A stretch of DNA of 64,000 nt from the human T2T-CHM13v2.0 reference genome, Homo sapiens: NCBI RefSeq assembly GCF_009914755.1, contig NC_060938.1; one strand, given 5' to 3'. The translations under genes were made by a program, and so were the position numbers. Of the stretch, positions 14,927-27,478 are shown in pieces. Position 1 is the stretch's first letter; each line of letters begins with the position of its first letter. The notes beneath the pieces are model-generated. The model made no database searches and was not told the DNA's origin. It saw nothing but the letters and a program-made list of their open reading frames with translations.

Positions 14927-17900
14927 CATGTCTAGCGTCACCCTCCTTCCTGGCAGTGACACTGTTGATGTGAACCCCAATTTCACATCTGTCATTTGTA
15001 AATAGGACCATTTTCCCTTTTCGCTCTCCCTTCCATTCACAGGGCTTTTCATTCTCTCTGTTACTGCCTCCGTTTCAGATATTTACTCACCTTTTTCTCT
15101 CTCACTATGTCTGCCGTGGGCTCCATGAGAGTGCGCCACATAAGATTCCCCCATTAAAAGTCATGAATTGAGTGGCTTTTAGTATACCTGTGATTGTGCA
15201 CATTCAAATTTAATTCGCAATTCATTGTAGAACGTCTTATCACTCCCGGCCAGAGAAAAACCCTGTAGACATTAGTCACTCCTCATTCTGTCTCAAACCC
15301 TCTCCCTCACCCGCAGCCCTAGGTAGCAACTACCTAGTGCGATCAATCCCATATGCATAGATTACCATATTGTGGACATTTCCTATAAGCGGAATTGCAC
15401 AATAGGGGAGCTGTTATGACTGACATAACACGTAACACAATATTTTCAAGATTCGTCCACATTGTAGGCTTACCCACAGGGGGAAACCATTTTTTTGGGG
15501 ACTTTTAGTAACACCGGTGTTTTCTCCTTCTTTACGTCCTTCTTTCCTTCCTTCCTTCCTTCCTTCCTTCCTGACTTCCTTCTTTCCTTCCCTCCTTCCT
15601 CCTATTTCTCTCTTACTCCTTCTGCCCTCTCTCTTTCCTATGCCTTAGGTGCATCCCACATTCTGCGTTTTTTTGGGGAAATCCTCGACAGGTGCAGGAA
15701 AATTGTGTTGTTGTAACTATTTACCGTTATCTCTCTTTCACGGCTCTCCATCAGTTGTGAACATCTATTGGTTTATCCCAAGTCTCTAAGCATATTTTCA
15801 TTAGGTAAACCTGTTTTTCCTTATACAGCTGTTTCTGGAGTATAGGGTCGCATACTCTTAAACCCAGTGTAACTCAGAAACGCATCTAATATTCCAGTAA
15901 ACCCATCATAACGTTGAAAAATCGTAAATCAAACCATCATAAGTCACGGTTTGTCCGTGGATATGGGCCTCATCAATTCCATTGTATTCAGTAATGCTGT
16001 ACACCATTAACAATGGCAGACTGATTGGGAGTGGATATTGATAGCATTATAAAAGTCAGTTATTAGAGGGATACTTCTTTAACCTGACTGAAGAACTGAT
16101 CTAATGGCTTTAGTACAGTGCATGATTATGTGCGATGTTTTGAGACAGAGTAGTACATTTGTGAATGAAATTTTATGGCTTTTTTTTTCACTTAGTAGGA
16201 ACCATTGTGTGTGGAAAAGTGAGAAAATGGCTTTCTGCTGTAGGGTCTGGCATTCATTGTGATGTAAGCTTATTTTTCTGTGAGCAAATCTTATTCAATA
16301 AAATACTACTCTTTATACTAAAAAACAAAAACAGTGGTGATGTGTGGTCATTATCCTCAGCAAACTTATCCAGGGAAAGAAAACCAAACGCCACAACTCA
16401 CTTATAATGGGAGCTGAAAAATGAGATCCCATGGACACAGGAAGGGGAACAACACACACTGGGGCCTTCCGGGAGACAGAGCGTTAAGAAAAACAGCTAC
16501 TGCATGCTGGGCTTAATACCTAGGTGATGGGTTGACAGGTGCAGCAAACCACCATGGCACACGTTTACCTTAGTAACAAATCTGCACATCCTGCACATAT
16601 ACCCCAGAACTTAGGAACGAAACGAAACAAAAGACAACGAAAAAGCAACAGCAAAACGCTAAAGGCAAAATAAAGTTTCAAACTGAGAAAGTGACAGACC
16701 AACGTCTGGTTCAAATCATGGTTCTCAACCCAGGTGCCATAAGGTCAGGATAAAGGATGTGATTACATATTGTCAATAAGACATGCAGCAAATGACCAGA
16801 ATGATTATTCTCAACATATGAGTGTCTTCTAATTCAATGGCGACGCTATCTACCGGGACATAGCATTAGATTCCAAAGGGCCGAGTCCCGCCAGACAGGC
16901 CTCCCACACTAATAACAATGGGAAGCCCTACGTTGCTTTACCTGTACTTCTCAGACACTGGCTATAAATCAGGTTGCCACCACTCCCAGATTTAGTTGCA
17001 TTCATTTGCTGGAAGAGCTCACAGCACGCAGGGAAACACATTTGCCGTTGTATTTTAGCGGACATTGCACAAAGTTCAGAAATAAATGTGGGGCCCGGCA
17101 TGTGGGGAGGGGCGCACTACCTTCCAGGAAGTGCTATCCAGAAGCTCTCTGAACCCAGTCCTTTTGGGTTTTGATGGAGACCTCATTCTATAGGCATGAT
17201 GGGTTAAACCATAGGCTATTGGTGATCAACTCCACCTGGGGCTCTCCACCCTCCCTGGAAATTGGGGTTGAGGCTTTGCCATCCTCAGTCTGACTAAAAG
17301 AATTTACCCAAACGGAATTTTAAAACAGATGAGCATAACTGGAATCTTAATTAGATGATTGGATTATCTGGAGCCACACCTTGATATTCCTAACCCGAGC
17401 ACCCTCATCCAACGAATGCTCCACCCAACTGGCTCCCAAGTCTCTACGTGGTTCCAGAGCAAAAGGATGTTGATACAACGCATATCTCCACCTTTTCTTC
17501 AAAGTCTTTTCGCTTACACGGAAAGACTTCTTCAACTGCCATGCATCAGGGTCAGGGGGAGGTCTTGTTACAACACAGATCTGCGGATCTCCGGCATTTG
17601 ACTGTGGCAAGGATGCTGCTGGTGTCAAAACCACAACGTGGGAACCACAGAACCACTAGTGGGTTTTCAGTGTTTCAGTGCATACAATTCCTAATATATC
17701 TGGCTAAGAAAACTTGTAAGTTCTTAGATTGTCCCAAAGGTGGCGCATGAAATCAAAGCAGGAGAACAGTTTCCTACGAGGTGTAGCCTGGGAAAGTTGG
17801 GGGTGACTGATGGAAAGGAGGAGTGAAGCTCCACCCTTTCCGCTGCTAGGCTGCGCCCGAGGCAATTTAAACCCACCCTGGCTGGCCTGTACTCAGATCT

Positions 17901-18020
17901 TCGCGGAGCGGATCAGCGGCCGGAGCGTTTGGCGGACTCTGCGTGGACTTGGAGCTCACAGCGTCTTGCGACTTGGAAGCGGATTCAGAGGACAGGACAG
18001 AACACTTGGACAAGTGAATC

Positions 18021-18051
<31 letters not shown>

Positions 18052-18220
18052 CATTGGTTGGTTGATTTCCATTTTCTTAAGGGGCACATACCTCACACCG
18101 CACACACACAAACACACACACGCACACACACACACACACGCACACACACGCACACACACTCCTTCCTTCTGCGAGTTAGAACATTAGTAGGGGCCCCTGG
18201 GAGCTGCAGGTTTCCTAAAC

Positions 18221-21202
18221 ATGTCTGCACCTAAGAACAGTAGGGTCTTGTCTGGCTCTTCTTATGAACGGTCCCCCAGCCCGGACTCCCCAAGGTCCAT
18301 GCGAGCCTCACCCAGCTTCTCCCTCTCCCCTCTCAGAAACTCAGGCTTAAGGGGAAGCTCCTCACCAGGGATCGGGAGCTACCATTCACCATCCCCTAGG
18401 GCTTCACCACACTCACCTCTGTCATCACCAGAATCCCACAAGCTCCCATTTCCCTGTCCTCACCGTGATGGGCAATCAATAAAGCCATTGGGCTCTCCCG
18501 TGTCCTCCTCTGAGGAATCCTCAGAGTCCCCACGTTCATCAATAATATACCACATGTTCTTACTGCCATCACCCAGCAGCTCACCCCCAGCTCTCGGGGG
18601 GTCTCCTGTGTCTCCCAGCTACTCTCCAAACAACCCCAGATTTCAGCTGCGGTCAGCCCCCCACACCAAGGAATCACCTACAAACTCACCAGCCTCACGC
18701 TGCTCCACCCCTGTGTCTTTCATCTCTTCACCCCCAGGCCTCAGGGACCCTCCTGTGGCTCCCAGTTACTCTCCAGCCATCCCCAGGTTCCTGCGCGAGT
18801 CAGCCCCATACACCCAGGAGTCCCCCAGAGACTCACAGGTCTTGGGAGATTATGAGCGGTCCCTCAGCCCTGACTCCTCAAGATTCATGCCTGCCTCACC
18901 CAGCTTCTCCCTCTCCCCTCCCAGAAACTCAGACCCAAGGGGCAGCTCCTCACCAGGGATGTGGAAGTCCTCTACATCATCCCGCAGGGCTTCACCACTC
19001 TCACATCCGTCATCAACAGAATTCCACAACTTTACGTTTCCCTTTCCTAACCAAGCAGGACAGTCACTCATGTCATTGTGTTCTCCCGTGACCTCCTCTG
19101 GAGATTCTTCACAGTCACCTCATTCATCAATAATATACCATATGTTCTTACTGCCATCATCCAGCAGCTCACCCCCAGCCACCCATGACTCTCCTGTCTG
19201 TCCCAGCTACTCTCCAACTACGCCCAGATTTCAGCGGGAGTCTGTACCCCACACCCCAGAAACACCTACAAACTCACAGACCTCAGTGAGATCCTCGCCA
19301 GTCTCTCTCACGTCTTCACCCCCAGCCCTTACGGACCCTTCAGTCTGTCCCAGCTACTCTCCAACCACGCCCACATTTCAGCGCGGGTCAGTTCCAGGAA
19401 CCCAGGGATCACCACCAAGCCCACCGCTTTCACTGAGTTACTCCCCAGTCTCTAGCACGTCTTTATCTCCAACCCTCAGGGACTCGCCTGTCTGTCCCAG
19501 CTACTCTCCAAACACGCCCACACTTCAGCGGGAGTCCGTTGCAGGCACCCAGAAGTCACCACCAAACTCACCAATTTCACTGCGTTACTCCCCAGTCTCT
19601 CTCATGTCTTCACCATCCCTCAGGGACTCTCCCGTCTGTCCCAGCTACTCTCCAACCACGCCCACATTTCAGCTGGAGTCAGTTCCAGGCACCCCGGAAT
19701 CACCACCAAACTCACCAATTTCACTCAGTTACTCCCCAGTCTCTAGCACGTCTTTATCTCCAACCCTCAGGGACTCTCCTGTGTGTCCCAGCTACTCTCC
19801 AACCACGCCCACACTTCAGCGGGAGTCAGTTCCAGGCACCCAGGAATCACCACCAAACTCACCAATTTCACTCAATTACTCTCCAGTCTCTCTCGTGTCT
19901 TCACCAGCCCTCAGGGACTCTCCTGTCTGTCCCAGCTACTCTACAACCACGCCCACATTTCAGCTGGAGTCAGTTCCAGGCACCCCGGAGTCACCACCAA
20001 ACTCACCAGTTTCACTCAGTTACTCCTCGGTCTCTCTCATGTCTTCACCCCCAGCCCTCAGGGACTCTCCTGTGCGTCCCAGCTACTCTCCAACCATGCC
20101 CAGATTCCAGCGGGAGTCAGTTCCAGGCACCCATGTATCACCACCAAACTCAGCAGTTTCACTGAGTTACTCCCCAGTCTCTCTCATGTCTTCACCCCCA
20201 GACCCCTGGGACTCTCCTGTCTGTCCCAGCTACTCTCCCACCACGCCCAGATTTCAGCGGGAGTCAGCCTCCCACACTCCGGAATCAGATACAGACTCAC
20301 AGACTTCACTGAACTCCTCCCTGGTCTCTCTCAGGTCTTTGCCCTCATCCCACAGGGACTCTTGTGTCTCTTTCAGCTACTCTCAAAACTTCTCTAGATT
20401 CCAGCTGGAGTCAGTTCCAGGCACCCACGATACACCACCGAACTCACGAATTTCACTGACTTACGCCCCAGTCTCCCTCATGTTCTCACCCCCAGCCCTC
20501 AGGGACTCTTCTGTCTCTCTCAGCTACTCTCCAACCATCTCCAGATTTCACCTGGAGTCAGCTTCCCACACCCTGGAATCACCTGCAAACTCACGGACCT
20601 TACTGCAACCATCCCCCATTTCTTTCACCTCTTCACCCCCTGCCTTCAGGGACTCTCCTGGGTCTCCCAGCTTCTCTCCAGCCTTCCCCAGATTTCTGCC
20701 ACAGTCAGCCCCAGGCACCCAGGACAACCCTAGACACTCACAGGCCTCACCAGACTATCTCCCTATGACCTGTACCTATACAGGGATGGCTCCCACGCAT
20801 CCCTCAGTGACCCCAAACCCATCTCCACTTACACTCAGGCACTCCCAGGGCCTGACAGCTACTCCCCGTTATTGTCCTTCAGTTCGAAGCCCTGGCCAAT
20901 CTACTAGCCCACATGACGCAGTTACCTGGCCATTTCTCCACGGTTCCCGGGAGGGCCCCACACCCAGCCGCACAAGAGCCCCTCCTGCATTCCGTCCTCA
21001 CACGCAGGCCTGTCCATCTACTTGCTACTGTCACACTCTTGCCAGCAGAAGAGGCCCCTGTAATGGCCGATATCACCACCCAGTCTATCCTCACCCCACA
21101 GCTGTGCAGCGGGAAGCCCCTGCTGGCCCACGTGGCTGCCACAGCCCATGCTGGCACGACGCTCCAGCAGGTCGGCGTCCCTGCGGGCCAAACTACCGGT
21201 GA
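18221..21202 (+). CDS. 993-aa Ser/Pro-rich repeat protein, copy 4
   Basis: Intact 2982-bp ORF. Confidence 0.6.
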   Translation: MSAPKNSRVLSGSSYERSPSPDSPRSMRASPSFSLSPLRNSGLRGSSSPGIGSYHSPSPRASPHSPLSSPESHKLPFPCPHRDGQSIKPLGSPVSSSEESSESPRSSIIYHMFLLPSPSSSPPALGGSPVSPSYSPNNPRFQLRSAPHTKESPTNSPASRCSTPVSFISSPPGLRDPPVAPSYSPAIPRFLRESAPYTQESPRDSQVLGDYERSLSPDSSRFMPASPSFSLSPPRNSDPRGSSSPGMWKSSTSSRRASPLSHPSSTEFHNFTFPFPNQAGQSLMSLCSPVTSSGDSSQSPHSSIIYHMFLLPSSSSSPPATHDSPVCPSYSPTTPRFQRESVPHTPETPTNSQTSVRSSPVSLTSSPPALTDPSVCPSYSPTTPTFQRGSVPGTQGSPPSPPLSLSYSPVSSTSLSPTLRDSPVCPSYSPNTPTLQRESVAGTQKSPPNSPISLRYSPVSLMSSPSLRDSPVCPSYSPTTPTFQLESVPGTPESPPNSPISLSYSPVSSTSLSPTLRDSPVCPSYSPTTPTLQRESVPGTQESPPNSPISLNYSPVSLVSSPALRDSPVCPSYSTTTPTFQLESVPGTPESPPNSPVSLSYSSVSLMSSPPALRDSPVRPSYSPTMPRFQRESVPGTHVSPPNSAVSLSYSPVSLMSSPPDPWDSPVCPSYSPTTPRFQRESASHTPESDTDSQTSLNSSLVSLRSLPSSHRDSCVSFSYSQNFSRFQLESVPGTHDTPPNSRISLTYAPVSLMFSPPALRDSSVSLSYSPTISRFHLESASHTLESPANSRTLLQPSPISFTSSPPAFRDSPGSPSFSPAFPRFLPQSAPGTQDNPRHSQASPDYLPMTCTYTGMAPTHPSVTPNPSPLTLRHSQGLTATPRYCPSVRSPGQSTSPHDAVTWPFLHGSREGPTPSRTRAPPAFRPHTQACPSTCYCHTLASRRGPCNGRYHHPVYPHPTAVQREAPAGPRGCHSPCWHDAPAGRRPCGPNYR

Positions 21203-24200
21203 CATGTCTAGCGTCACCCTCCTTCCTGGCAGTGACACTGTTGATGTGAACCCCAATTTCACATCTGTCATTTGTAAATAGGACCATTTTCCCTTTTAGC
21301 TCTCCCTTCCATTCACAGGGCTTTTCATTCTCTCTGTTACTGCCTCCGTTTCAGATATTTACTCACCTTTTTCTCTCTCACTATGTCTGCCGTGGGCTCC
21401 ATGAGAGTGCGCCACATAAGATTCCCCCATTAAAAGTCATGAATTGAGTGGCTTTTAGTATACCTGTGATTGTGCACATTCAAATTTAATTCGCAATTCA
21501 TTGTAGAACGTCTTATCACTCCCGGCCAGAGAAAAACCCTGTAGACATTAGTCACTCCTCATTCTGTCTCAAACCCTCTCCCTCACCCGCAGCCCTAGGT
21601 AGCAACTACCTAGTGCGATCAATCCCATATGCATAGATTACCATATTGTGGACATTTCCTATAAGCGGAATTGCACAATAGGGGAGCTGTTATGACTGAC
21701 ATAACACGTAACACAATATTTTCAAGATTCGTCCACATTGTAGGCTTACCCACAGGGGGAAACCATTTTTTTGGGGACTTTTAGTAACACCGGTGTTTTC
21801 TCCTTCTTTACGTCCTTCTTTCCTTCCTTCCTTCCTTCCTTCCTTCCTGACTTCCTTCTTTCCTTCCCTCCTTCCTCCTATTTCTCTCTTACTCCTTCTG
21901 CCCTCTCTCTTTCCTATGCCTTAGGTGCATCCCACATTCTGCGTTTTTTTGGGGAAATCCTCGACAGGTGCAGGAAAATTGTGTTGTTGTAACTATTTAC
22001 CGTTATCTCTCTTTCACGGCTCTCCATCAGTTGTGAACATCTATTGGTTTATCCCAAGTCTCTAAGCATATTTTCATTAGGTAAACCTGTTTTTCCTTAT
22101 ACAGCTGTTTCTGGAGTATAGGGTCGCATACTCTTAAACCCAGTGTAACTCAGAAACGCATCTAATATTCCAGTAAACCCATCATAACGTTGAAAAATCG
22201 TAAATCAAACCATCATAAGTCACGGTTTGTCCGTGGATATGGGCCTCATCAATTCCATTGTATTCAGTAATGCTGTACACCATTAACAATGGCAGACTGA
22301 TTGGGAGTGGATATTGATAGCATTATAAAAGTCAGTTATTAGAGGGATACTTCTTTAACCTGACTGAAGAACTGATCTAATGGCTTTAGTACAGTGCATG
22401 ATTATGTGCGATGTTTTGAGACAGAGTAGTACATTTGTGAATGAAATTTTATGGCTTTTTTTTTCACTTAGTAGGAACCATTGTGTGTGGAAAAGTGAGA
22501 AAATGGCTTTCTGCTGTAGGGTCTGGCATTCATTGTGATGTAAGCTTATTTTTCTGTGAGCAAATCTTATTCAATAAAATACTACTCTTTATACTAAAAA
22601 ACAAAAACAGTGGTGATGTGTGGTCATTATCCTCAGCAAACTTATCCAGGGAAAGAAAACCAAACGCCACAACTCACTTATAATGGGAGCTGAAAAATGA
22701 GATCCCATGGACACAGGAAGGGGAACAACACACACTGGGGCCTTCCGGGAGACAGAGCGTTAAGAAAAACAGCTACTGCATGCTGGGCTTAATACCTAGG
22801 TGATGGGTTGACAGGTGCAGCAAACCACCATGGCACACGTTTACCTTAGTAACAAATCTGCACATCCTGCACATATACCCCAGAACTTAGGAACGAAACG
22901 AAACAAAAGACAACGAAAAAGCAACAGCAAAACGCTAAAGGCAAAATAAAGTTTCAAACTGAGAAAGTGACAGACCAACGTCTGGTTCAAATCATGGTTC
23001 TCAACCCAGGTGCCATAAGGTCAGGATAAAGGATGTGATTACATATTGTCAATAAGACATGCAGCAAATGACCAGAATGATTATTCTCAACATATGAGTG
23101 TCTTCTAATTCAATGGCGACGCTATCTACCGGGACATAGCATTAGATTCCAAAGGGCCGAGTCCCGCCAGACAGGCCTCCCACACTAATAACAATGGGAA
23201 GCCCTACGTTGCTTTACCTGTACTTCTCAGCCACTGGCTATAAATCAGGTTGCCACCACTCCCAGATTTAGTTGCATTCATTTGCTGGAAGAGCTCACAG
23301 CACGCAGGGAAACACATTTGCCGTTGTATTTTAGCGGACATTGCACAAAGTTCAGAAATAAATGTGGGGCCCGGCATGTGGGGAGGGGCGCACTACCTTC
23401 CAGGAAGTGCTATCCAGAAGCTCTCTGAACCCAGTCCTTTTGGGTTTTGATGGAGACCTCATTCTATAGGCATGATGGGTTAAACCATAGGCTATTGGTG
23501 ATCAACTCCACCTGGGGCTCTCCACCCTCCCTGGAAATTGGGGTTGAGGCTTTGCCATCCTCAGTCTGACTAAAAGAATTTACCCAAACGGAATTTTAAA
23601 ACAGATGAGCATAACTGGAATCTTAATTAGATGATTGGATTATCTGGAGCCACACCTTGATATTCCTAACCCGAGCACCCTCATCCAACGAATGCTCCAC
23701 CCAACTGGCTCCCAAGTCTCTACGTGGTTCCAGAGCAAAAGGATGTTGATACAACGCATATCTCCACCTTTTCTTCAAAGTCTTTTCGCTTACACGGAAA
23801 GACTTCTTCAACTGCCATGCATCAGGGTCAGGGGGAGGTCTTGTTACAACACAGATCTGCGGATCTCCGGCATTTGACTGTGGCAAGGATGCTGCTGGTG
23901 TCAAAACCACAACGTGGGAACCACAGAACCACTAGTGGGTTTTCAGTGTTTCAGTGCATACAATTCCTAATATATCTGGCTAAGAAAACTTGTAAGTTCT
24001 TAGATTGTCCCAAAGGTGGCGCATGAAATCAAAGCAGGAGAACAGTTTCCTACGAGGTGTAGCCTGGGAAAGTTGGGGGTGACTGATGGAAAGGAGGAGT
24101 GAAGCTCCACCCTTTCCGCTGCTAGGCTGCGCCCGAGGCAATTTAAACCCACCCTGGCTGGCCTGTACTCAGATCTTCGCGGAGCGGATCAGCGGCCGGA

Positions 24201-24296
24201 GCGTTTGGCGGACTCTGCGTGGACTTGGAGCTCACAGCGTCTTGCGACTTGGAAGCGGATTCAGAGGACAGGACAGAACACTTGGACAAGTGAATC

Positions 24297-24327
<31 letters not shown>

Positions 24328-24496
24328 CATTGGTTGGTTGATTTCCATTTTCTTAAGGGGCACATACCTCACACCGCACACACACAAACACACACACGCA
24401 CACACACACACACACGCACACACACGCACACACACTCCTTCCTTCTGCGAGTTAGAACATTAGTAGGGGCCCCTGGGAGCTGCAGGTTTCCTAAAC

Positions 24497-27478
24497 ATGT
24501 CTGCACCTAAGAACAGTAGGGTCTTGTCTGGCTCTTCTTATGAACGGTCCCCCAGCCCGGACTCCCCAAGGTCCATGCGAGCCTCACCCAGCTTCTCCCT
24601 CTCCCCTCTCAGAAACTCAGGCTTAAGGGGAAGCTCCTCACCAGGGATCGGGAGCTACCATTCACCATCCCCTAGGGCTTCACCACACTCACCTCTGTCA
24701 TCACCAGAATCCCACAAGCTCCCATTTCCCTGTCCTCACCGTGATGGGCAATCAATAAAGCCATTGGGCTCTCCCGTGTCCTCCTCTGAGGAATCCTCAG
24801 AGTCCCCACGTTCATCAATAATATACCACATGTTCTTACTGCCATCACCCAGCAGCTCACCCCCAGCTCTCGGGGGGTCTCCTGTGTCTCCCAGCTACTC
24901 TCCAAACAACCCCAGATTTCAGCTGCGGTCAGCCCCCCACACCAAGGAATCACCTACAAACTCACCAGCCTCACGCTGCTCCACCCCTGTGTCTTTCATC
25001 TCTTCACCCCCAGGCCTCAGGGACCCTCCTGTGGCTCCCAGTTACTCTCCAGCCATCCCCAGGTTCCTGCGCGAGTCAGCCCCATACACCCAGGAGTCCC
25101 CCAGAGACTCACAGGTCTTGGGAGATTATGAGCGGTCCCTCAGCCCTGACTCCTCAAGATTCATGCCTGCCTCACCCAGCTTCTCCCTCTCCCCTCCCAG
25201 AAACTCAGACCCAAGGGGCAGCTCCTCACCAGGGATGTGGAAGTCCTCTACATCATCCCGCAGGGCTTCACCACTCTCACATCCGTCATCAACAGAATTC
25301 CACAACTTTACGTTTCCCTTTCCTAACCAAGCAGGACAGTCACTCATGTCATTGTGTTCTCCCGTGACCTCCTCTGGAGATTCTTCACAGTCACCTCATT
25401 CATCAATAATATACCATATGTTCTTACTGCCATCATCCAGCAGCTCACCCCCAGCCACCCATGACTCTCCTGTCTGTCCCAGCTACTCTCCAACTACGCC
25501 CAGATTTCAGCGGGAGTCTCTACCCCACACCCCAGAAACACCTACAAACTCACAGACCTCAGTGAGATCCTCGCCAGTCTCTCTCACGTCTTCACCCCCA
25601 GCCCTTACGGACCCTCCAGTCTGTCCCAGCTACTCTCCAACCACGCCCACATTTCAGCGCGGGTCAGTTCCAGGAACCCAGGGATCACCACCAAGCCCAC
25701 CGCTTTCACTGAGTTACTCCCCAGTCTCTAGCACGTCTTTATCTCCAACCCTCAGGGACTCGCCTGTCTGTCCCAGCTACTCTCCAAACACGCCCACACT
25801 TCAGCGGGAGTCCGTTGCAGGCACCCAGAAGTCACCACCAAACTCACCAATTTCACTGCGTTACTCCCCAGTCTCTCTCATGTCTTCACCATCCCTCAGG
25901 GACTCTCCCGTCTGTCCCAGCTACTCTCCAACCACGCCCACATTTCAGCTGGAGTCAGTTCCAGGCACCCCGGAATCACCACCAAACTCACCAATTTCAC
26001 TCAGTTACTCCCCAGTCTCTAGCACGTCTTTATCTCCAACCCTCAGGGACTCTCCTGTGTGTCCCAGCTACTCTCCAACCACGCCCACACTTCAGCGGGA
26101 GTCAGTTCCAGGCACCCAGGAATCACCACCAAACTCACCAATTTCACTCAATTACTCTCCAGTCTCTCTCGTGTCTTCACCAGCCCTCAGGGACTCTCCT
26201 GTCTGTCCCAGCTACTCTACAACCACGCCCACATTTCAGCTGGAGTCAGTTCCAGGCACCCCGGAGTCACCACCAAACTCACCAGTTTCACTCAGTTACT
26301 CCTCGGTCTCTCTCATGTCTTCACCCCCAGCCCTCAGGGACTCTCCTGTGCGTCCCAGCTACTCTCCAACCATGCCCAGATTCCAGCGGGAGTCAGTTCC
26401 AGGCACCCATGTATCACCACCAAACTCAGCAGTTTCACTGAGTTACTCCCCAGTCTCTCTCATGTCTTCACCCCCAGACCCCTGGGACTCTCCTGTCTGT
26501 CCCAGCTACTCTCCCACCACGCCCAGATTTCAGCGGCAGTCAGCCTCCCACACTCCGGAATCAGATACAGACTCACAGACTTCACTGAACTCCTCCCTGG
26601 TCTCTCTCAGGTCTTTGCCCTCATCCCACAGGGACTCTTGTGTCTCTTTCAGCTACTCTCAAAACTTCTCTAGATTCCAGCTGGAGTCAGTTCCAGGCAC
26701 CCACGATACACCACCGAACTCACGAATTTCACTGACTTACGCCCCAGTCTCCCTCATGTTCTCACCCCCAGCCCTCAGGGACTCTTCTGGCTCTCTCAGC
26801 TACTCTCCAACCATCTCCAGATTTCACCTGGAGTCAGCTTCCCACACCCTGGAATCACCTGCAAACTCACGGACCTTACTGCAACCATCCCCCATTTCTT
26901 TCACCTCTTCACCCCCTGCCTTCAGGGACTCTCCTGGGTCTCCCAGCTTCTCTCCAGCCTTCCCCAGATTTCTGCCACAGTCAGCCCCAGGCACCCAGGA
27001 CAACCCTAGACACTCACAGGCCTCACCAGACTATCTCCCTATGACCTGTACCTATACAGGGATGGCTCCCACGCATCCCTCAGTGACCCCAAACCCATCT
27101 CCACTTACACTCAGGCACTCCCAGGGCCTGACAGCTACTCCCCGTTATTGTCCTTCAGTTCGAAGCCCTGGCCAATCTACTAGCCCACATGACGCAGTTA
27201 CCTGGCCATTTCTCCACGGTTCCCGGGAGGGCCCCACACCCAGCCGCACAAGAGCCCCTCCTGCATTCCGTCCTCACACGCAGGCCTGTCCATCTACTTG
27301 CTACTGTCACACTCTTGCCAGCAGAAGAGGCCCCTGTAATGGCCGATATCACCACCCAGTCTATCCTCACCCCACAGCTGTGCAGCGGGAACCCCCTGCT
27401 GGCCCACGTGGCTGCCACAGCCCATGCTGGCACGACGCTCCAGCAGGTCGGCGTCCCTGCGGGCCAAACTACCGGTGA
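24497..27478 (+). CDS. 993-aa Ser/Pro-rich repeat protein, copy 5
   Basis: Intact 2982-bp ORF. Confidence 0.6.
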   Translation: MSAPKNSRVLSGSSYERSPSPDSPRSMRASPSFSLSPLRNSGLRGSSSPGIGSYHSPSPRASPHSPLSSPESHKLPFPCPHRDGQSIKPLGSPVSSSEESSESPRSSIIYHMFLLPSPSSSPPALGGSPVSPSYSPNNPRFQLRSAPHTKESPTNSPASRCSTPVSFISSPPGLRDPPVAPSYSPAIPRFLRESAPYTQESPRDSQVLGDYERSLSPDSSRFMPASPSFSLSPPRNSDPRGSSSPGMWKSSTSSRRASPLSHPSSTEFHNFTFPFPNQAGQSLMSLCSPVTSSGDSSQSPHSSIIYHMFLLPSSSSSPPATHDSPVCPSYSPTTPRFQRESLPHTPETPTNSQTSVRSSPVSLTSSPPALTDPPVCPSYSPTTPTFQRGSVPGTQGSPPSPPLSLSYSPVSSTSLSPTLRDSPVCPSYSPNTPTLQRESVAGTQKSPPNSPISLRYSPVSLMSSPSLRDSPVCPSYSPTTPTFQLESVPGTPESPPNSPISLSYSPVSSTSLSPTLRDSPVCPSYSPTTPTLQRESVPGTQESPPNSPISLNYSPVSLVSSPALRDSPVCPSYSTTTPTFQLESVPGTPESPPNSPVSLSYSSVSLMSSPPALRDSPVRPSYSPTMPRFQRESVPGTHVSPPNSAVSLSYSPVSLMSSPPDPWDSPVCPSYSPTTPRFQRQSASHTPESDTDSQTSLNSSLVSLRSLPSSHRDSCVSFSYSQNFSRFQLESVPGTHDTPPNSRISLTYAPVSLMFSPPALRDSSGSLSYSPTISRFHLESASHTLESPANSRTLLQPSPISFTSSPPAFRDSPGSPSFSPAFPRFLPQSAPGTQDNPRHSQASPDYLPMTCTYTGMAPTHPSVTPNPSPLTLRHSQGLTATPRYCPSVRSPGQSTSPHDAVTWPFLHGSREGPTPSRTRAPPAFRPHTQACPSTCYCHTLASRRGPCNGRYHHPVYPHPTAVQREPPAGPRGCHSPCWHDAPAGRRPCGPNYR

